DNA from: an uncultured delta proteobacterium | GTDB taxonomy: Bacteria > Myxococcota_A > Polyangia > Polyangiales > Polyangiaceae | Length of the DNA stretch: 64,000 bases | NCBI GenBank assembly: GCA_963716725.1 | Contig: CAVQUB010000011.1 | Location: 64,001 to 128,000 of the forward strand | Direction: 5' to 3' | Shown here: positions 57,254-64,000 of the stretch, in pieces | Layout of the letters: every line of letters begins with the position of its first letter | Position numbering within the stretch: the stretch's first letter is position 1 | Translations under genes and position numbers: made by a program | The notes under the pieces: generated by a model | What the model was told of the DNA's origin: nothing | Database searches by the model: none | What the model saw: only the letters and a program-made list of their open reading frames with translations

Positions 57254-58147
57254 TCAGGAGCAGACGCGGTTCCTGCCGCTCTTCTTCGCCCGGTACATGT
57301 GCTCGTCTGCGCGACGAAACAAGTCGGGCGCGGTCGAGTCCGATTCCATCGCCTCGGCGCAGCCCACGCTCACCGAGACCGCAATGGTGGTGTTCTGAAA
57401 GACGAAGCTGTGGGCGGCGATGCGAGCCCGAAGGTTCTCGGCCAAGGACACTGCGCCTTCGAGCGTGGTCTCGGGCAAGAGCACCACGAACTCTTCACCG
57501 CCGTAGCGGGCCACCGTTTCGTCGCGCCGCACCCGCCCCTGCACCAAGCCAGCCAACTCGCGCAGCACGTGGTCCCCGGCGAGATGTCCGTACTGATCAT
57601 TGATCTTCTTGAAGTAGTCGATGTCCATCACCAGCAGCGCCAGCGGCCGGGTGTGACGGCGAGCGCGCAGGTACTCGCGCTCCAGAGTCTCGTCGAAATG
57701 CCGACGGTTGTTCACCTGCGTGAGCCCGTCGGTGATGGTGAGCTTGAAGACCTCCTCGAAGTAGGCGCTCTCGGCGTCTGCACCGGTCAGGTACTTGAAG
57801 ATTGTCGATCCGACCTTGATGCGGTCCCCGTGACCTAGCGCTGCTTCGCGGTCGAGCTCGCCCTCGTTGTGCAGCGTCCCGTTGCGCGAGCCGACGTCGA
57901 CGACGTACCAAATGTCGGCCCGCTGCTCGACTTGAGCGTGACGCCGCGACACTGCGTCGTCGTCGAGCACGACGTCGCTGTCCTGGATGCGGCCGATGGT
58001 GAGCGGGCTCTTCTCGAGCTTGAAGCGCTTGCCACGCATCGCTTCTTCTTTGGCGTAGATCACCACCAGCGAGTCGTTGCCCGGCGCCGCTGGCGGCGGG
58101 CGCTGGCCCATTTCCGTGATGACGGTCTCTTGATCGAAGTTCGCCAC
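57254..58147 (-). CDS. FHA-GGDEF diguanylate cyclase
   Basis: IGR...AVSRRHA...DVGSRNGT (FHA); TDGLT, DIDYFKKIND.YGH.AGD, ARYGGEEF. Confidence 0.95.
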   Translation of the reverse strand: MANFDQETVITEMGQRPPPAAPGNDSLVVIYAKEEAMRGKRFKLEKSPLTIGRIQDSDVVLDDDAVSRRHAQVEQRADIWYVVDVGSRNGTLHNEGELDREAALGHGDRIKVGSTIFKYLTGADAESAYFEEVFKLTITDGLTQVNNRRHFDETLEREYLRARRHTRPLALLVMDIDYFKKINDQYGHLAGDHVLRELAGLVQGRVRRDETVARYGGEEFVVLLPETTLEGAVSLAENLRARIAAHSFVFQNTTIAVSVSVGCAEAMESDSTAPDLFRRADEHMYRAKKSGRNRVCS

Positions 58148-58157
58148 GCCGGTGCCG

Positions 58158-58847
58158 CTACTTGCGAGTACCCTCGAAGCGATAGTGGAGGCTACCGCTG
58201 ATCGCGGCCTCGGTGCCTCCACCAACCTGGATCTCGAAGTCGGCATCGACCACCAGCTTCTTGTCCTCGAAGGTCGCGGTGCCGCGGGTGAGGGTGCCAC
58301 TCATGCCGGCCCCATCGGCGCCCCAGCACTTCTGGCCAGCGCTGAAGGTCGCGGTCTTGCCGGCGGACTTGGCCTTGAGCGTGCAGATGTCCTTGCCGGT
58401 GCCGCTGTCCACGAAGATCACGGAGATCTCGGGGCCGCCGCCTTCGACGCGCGTGCGCGCCTTGTCGTCGTTCTCGGCGCGCTCCATGCCGTCCATCTTG
58501 TAGGTCGAAGTGTCGCTGCCGATGTACTCGCCGGCGTACACCACGACCGCCGCTGGTTTGGCCCCGGGCGTCTTGGGAACGGGCGCGCCGGGCTTCGCAG
58601 CCTCGGCGGTGGTCGCCGCCGGAGGCGGCTCCGTCGCAGGACGCGGCCCCGATGGCTTCGGAGCTTGCCCGCCGACACTCGCCTTGGGCGCGGCCTTGGC
58701 CTCGGCGGCGAGGACCTGTTCGCGCTTCGCCCGTGCCAGCGCCTCGGCCTTGAACAGCGGGCCTTCGCCGAGGGGCCTGGCACTCGGCAGCGGCGCCGCG
58801 CAGGCCAGCGCAAGCCACGGGACGAGCCAGAGCGATGCCGTGCGCAT
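58158..58847 (-). CDS. Hypothetical lipoprotein
   Basis: LALAC lipobox, Pro/Ala linker, beta-rich C-terminal domain with two Cys. Confidence 0.75.
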   Translation of the reverse strand: MRTASLWLVPWLALACAAPLPSARPLGEGPLFKAEALARAKREQVLAAEAKAAPKASVGGQAPKPSGPRPATEPPPAATTAEAAKPGAPVPKTPGAKPAAVVVYAGEYIGSDTSTYKMDGMERAENDDKARTRVEGGGPEISVIFVDSGTGKDICTLKAKSAGKTATFSAGQKCWGADGAGMSGTLTRGTATFEDKKLVVDADFEIQVGGGTEAAISGSLHYRFEGTRK

Positions 58848-58894
58848 ACCGGACCTAAACCACGGGTCGGGGCCCGGAGCAAATCCGGAAACGG

Positions 58895-59446
58895 TCAGCC
58901 TTCGCGCTCGTGCTTCGCGTCCGCGGCCGCTTCTTCGTCCACGATGGCGTCGGCCAGCGGGATGCTCTCGTCCAGGTAGCTCTGGTGCGGAACGAGCTGG
59001 AACTCTTGAAAGGTGCGGATGGTGGCTGCCGGGGGATCTCCGTACAACTCCAGCTGCACGGCTGCCCAGAGCTCTTTGGTGATGAGAGCGGCATGCTCGG
59101 GAGTGCCCGGCTCCCCCGAGTACTGATCCAGCTCCTCGTCGGCCTCTTTGAGCTCGAGCCGCGCCCGCACCGGATCGACGTCTTGCTTGCGAATGAAACG
59201 ATCGGTGAGCAGTACCGCGCGATCGTCCGCAACGTCGATGAAACCCGAGCCGACCGCCACCCAGTGCTCTTCACCTTCGCGGTGGTAGCTGACGATCCCG
59301 GTCTTGAGTGCCGCCAAGAGCGGCCGGTGAGCTGGGAGCACCCCGAACTCGCCTTCGACGCTGGGCGCCGTGAGATCGTGGACCTCTTCGCTGAGAGCCA
59401 CGCCCTCGGGCGTGACGATTTCTAGGGAAATGGTGTGAGCTGCCAT
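58895..59446 (-). CDS. atpC: F1Fo ATP synthase epsilon subunit
   Basis: LEIVTPEG, PSVEGEFGVLPAH.PLL..L..G, VGSGFIDV; follows atpD; extended C-terminus. Confidence 0.93.
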   Translation of the reverse strand: MAAHTISLEIVTPEGVALSEEVHDLTAPSVEGEFGVLPAHRPLLAALKTGIVSYHREGEEHWVAVGSGFIDVADDRAVLLTDRFIRKQDVDPVRARLELKEADEELDQYSGEPGTPEHAALITKELWAAVQLELYGDPPAATIRTFQEFQLVPHQSYLDESIPLADAIVDEEAAADAKHEREG

Positions 59447-59460
59447 GACGCCCGCGTGGA

Positions 59461-62197
<2,737 letters not shown>

Positions 62198-62301
62198 GGC
62201 AGCCTCCAAGCTACACTATCCCACCTCGGATTACACAGCTCTAAATGCTTGGAACCAAAGAAGTTATACTGCCAGGCGGAAAGATTTCAGTCAGAGCGGC
62301 G

Positions 62302-63474
62302 TCAGAAGAAGAAGGGCCCAGGTTCCTCCGGCTCCTGGCCGATCGAGGGCTCGTCGTCGAACCACAGCCACGCTCGGAACCAATCGAGTTCGACCCAACC
62401 CGGTGAGGCCGCGAGGTTCCCCAGGGGCATGCCGATCAGCATCGAGTCTGGCGTGGCGCCGTTGAAGCTCAGCTCGGTGCCAAGCTCGGTGTAGTCGACG
62501 GCATCGCTCGAGTGCCAGGTGCGTGAAGCGTCGAAGCGGCGCGCGAGCCGAACGACCTGGGGAATGAGCTTCGAGCCCGACGTGGCCACCTCGACCGTGG
62601 CCCCGTCGGTGCTGAGCCGAAACGAGCTCGTGATGGCCGCCGAGCCGTTCACCGGCGCGATTGTCCGATTGCGCGCGCCCACTGCCTTCGACCCGCGGAG
62701 CATGAGCCCGCCGAGCTTCGCCCAGCCCGACGCGCTGCCGCCGGAGTCCGACACGCGCGCCTCCGCCACGAAGTTGCCCGCGACGGGGCGGTACACGAAC
62801 AGGAAGTCGTCCCCGTTGTTCCAGATGTCGCCGGTCGCGCCTTCGATGCGCAGCACACCGCCACCGACGCTGAAAGTACCGGTCGCGCCGCCAATTGCCT
62901 CCGCATGCCACTCGGGCGACAGCAGCGAGCCCTCAAAGTCGTCGAAGATCGCGTACACCTTCCGCGGATCCTCAGGGGGACCCTGGGCGTCCATGTTGCC
63001 GTAGTAGAGGTAGTAGCTGCCGCCGAGCTGGTTGCCGATATTGGCCTGCACGCGAAACCAGATACTGGTGTCGGGTCGATCCCAGCCGGAGGCGACGTCG
63101 AGGACGCGATCGATCTCGTGGCTGGCAGCGCCGGGCTTCTGGAAGAACAGCCGCAAATCCTTGCCGTCGCTGCGCGCCTTGCCCTCGAGCACGAGCGCTT
63201 GGTGGTCGAAGCGAAGAACCAGCGAAGCCCCGAGCGGGACGCTGCTCGCCCCGGGCGTCACCGTCACCCGCCGTCGATAGGCGTAGGGCAGCGGGGTCGC
63301 CGCTTCGGCGCCACCGAAGCCAGCGTCGTAGAGGATGCTGCCACCCACACCCGTGTCCGTTCCTGCGTCGCCGACCGCCCCGGCGCCGCCGAGTGGCTCG
63401 AGCTCACACGCCGACAGGGCGGCAAGCGCGAGGCCAACCGCAAGCCAGACGGGATCGGTCGACGCCACTCGCAA
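62302..63474 (-). CDS. DUF2341-domain lipoprotein with a lectin-like C-terminal domain
   Basis: LSAC lipobox; YRRRVTV, KARSDGKDLR, IWFRV, YYLYYGN, FDDFEG; then GDIWNNGDDF.FVYR.V.GNF....RV. Confidence 0.8.
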   Translation of the reverse strand: MRVASTDPVWLAVGLALAALSACELEPLGGAGAVGDAGTDTGVGGSILYDAGFGGAEAATPLPYAYRRRVTVTPGASSVPLGASLVLRFDHQALVLEGKARSDGKDLRLFFQKPGAASHEIDRVLDVASGWDRPDTSIWFRVQANIGNQLGGSYYLYYGNMDAQGPPEDPRKVYAIFDDFEGSLLSPEWHAEAIGGATGTFSVGGGVLRIEGATGDIWNNGDDFLFVYRPVAGNFVAEARVSDSGGSASGWAKLGGLMLRGSKAVGARNRTIAPVNGSAAITSSFRLSTDGATVEVATSGSKLIPQVVRLARRFDASRTWHSSDAVDYTELGTELSFNGATPDSMLIGMPLGNLAASPGWVELDWFRAWLWFDDEPSIGQEPEEPGPFFF

Positions 63475-63529
63475 GCTCCGCGCCGATCCTAGCAGCCGCC
63501 ACGGCGGCGGTCCCGGGGGAGATGTTCGA

Positions 63530-63604
63530 GGCAGGGAGGCGACCGGCTCGCGCTCGTGATGTGACGCTGCGGTCAGATCCGTGAGAGCGTGTCGCCTCCC
63601 TGCC
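63530..63604. repeat. Long intergenic inverted repeat / stem-loop
   Basis: Perfect 14-bp arms GGCAGGGAGGCGAC (63530-63543) and GTCGCCTCCCTGCC (63591-63604), with further internal pairing. Confidence 0.85.
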
Positions 63605-63615
63605 CGAGAGGAGAG

Positions 63616-63999
63616 TCAGCTCGGCTTGCGAGCGCCGGTCCTCCTGCGGAGAGCGAGCAAGCTCAGGCCGAGCAAGATTCCGAAGAAGGCGCCGCGCGAG
63701 TCGCGCTCGGAGCTGGGGACCCGGCAACCGCAGCCGCCATCGTCACCCGAGTCGTCCGCGCCGCTGCCGCCGCCGGTCGCGGCCAATCCGCCCGTGGCGC
63801 CGGTGCCACCGGTCGCGCCGCTGCCGCCGGCGCCGCCGGTGTTGGATTGGGTCGGCACGCAGGTCCCGATGCTGGAGTCTTTGCTGGTGCATTCGAGACC
63901 CGTCGGGCAACCGTTGCCGTCTTGGCCGCGGCAGCCTTCCATGCAGATCTGCGTCTGGAGCGTGTCGCAGACCTTGCCGCTGGTCAGGTTGCCGCAGTC
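63616..63999 (-). CDS. MYXO-CTERM-sorted Cys-rich surface protein, 5'-truncated by the window edge
   Basis: Cys-rich repeat end, Gly/Thr linker, then DDGGCGCRV...hydrophobic helix...RRR. Confidence 0.88.
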   Translation of the reverse strand, partial: DCGNLTSGKVCDTLQTQICMEGCRGQDGNGCPTGLECTSKDSSIGTCVPTQSNTGGAGGSGATGGTGATGGLAATGGGSGADDSGDDGGCGCRVPSSERDSRGAFFGILLGLSLLALRRRTGARKPS

Positions 64000-64000
64000 G

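Noticed and set aside
63616..64000. Cys-rich MYXO-CTERM protein as the TraA kin-recognition receptor
   Set aside because: Only the C-terminus is visible and no traB (OmpA-domain) gene follows. MYXO-CTERM Cys-rich proteins are numerous.

Overview
A very GC-rich (roughly 70% by eye), gene-dense chromosomal segment from a myxobacterium (Myxococcota, probably Polyangiales-like). The placement rests on a MYXO-CTERM protein, PEGA/TPR proteins, a Hanks kinase, FHA proteins and Cys/Gly-rich lipoproteins. About 52 genes can be supported. Housekeeping genes: argG, aspartate kinase, ssb, ihfA, polA, hrpB, mutS, rsmA, atpD/atpC. Envelope and pilus genes: pilC, a PilS-like kinase, an MlaC-like protein, two Ape1-like SGNH esterases, two GT2 enzymes, an Omp85-like protein. 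Signalling genes: a Ser/Thr kinase, an FHA protein, an FHA-GGDEF protein, a class III cyclase. There is also a split DUF4350-MoxR-DUF58 cluster and many uncharacterised lipoproteins. I found no rRNA, tRNA, CRISPR array, prophage or classical IS. The most notable observation is a 433-bp GxxExxY (PD-(D/E)xK-like) gene whose two ends are a ~33-bp inverted repeat built from tandem 8-mers, which looks like a minimal nuclease-carrying mobile or selfish element. Other notable points: a near-consensus sigma54 promoter behind pilC-pilS that drives an MlaC-like gene where pilR-pilA would be expected; at least nine genes with a -10 hexamer 5-9 nt before the start codon (leaderless-type); four single-base-insertion frameshifts that may be sequencing error; two probable pseudoenzymes; and a lipoprotein gene that appears to start inside the ssb C-terminal tail. 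All family calls come from motif recognition by eye, not database searches.
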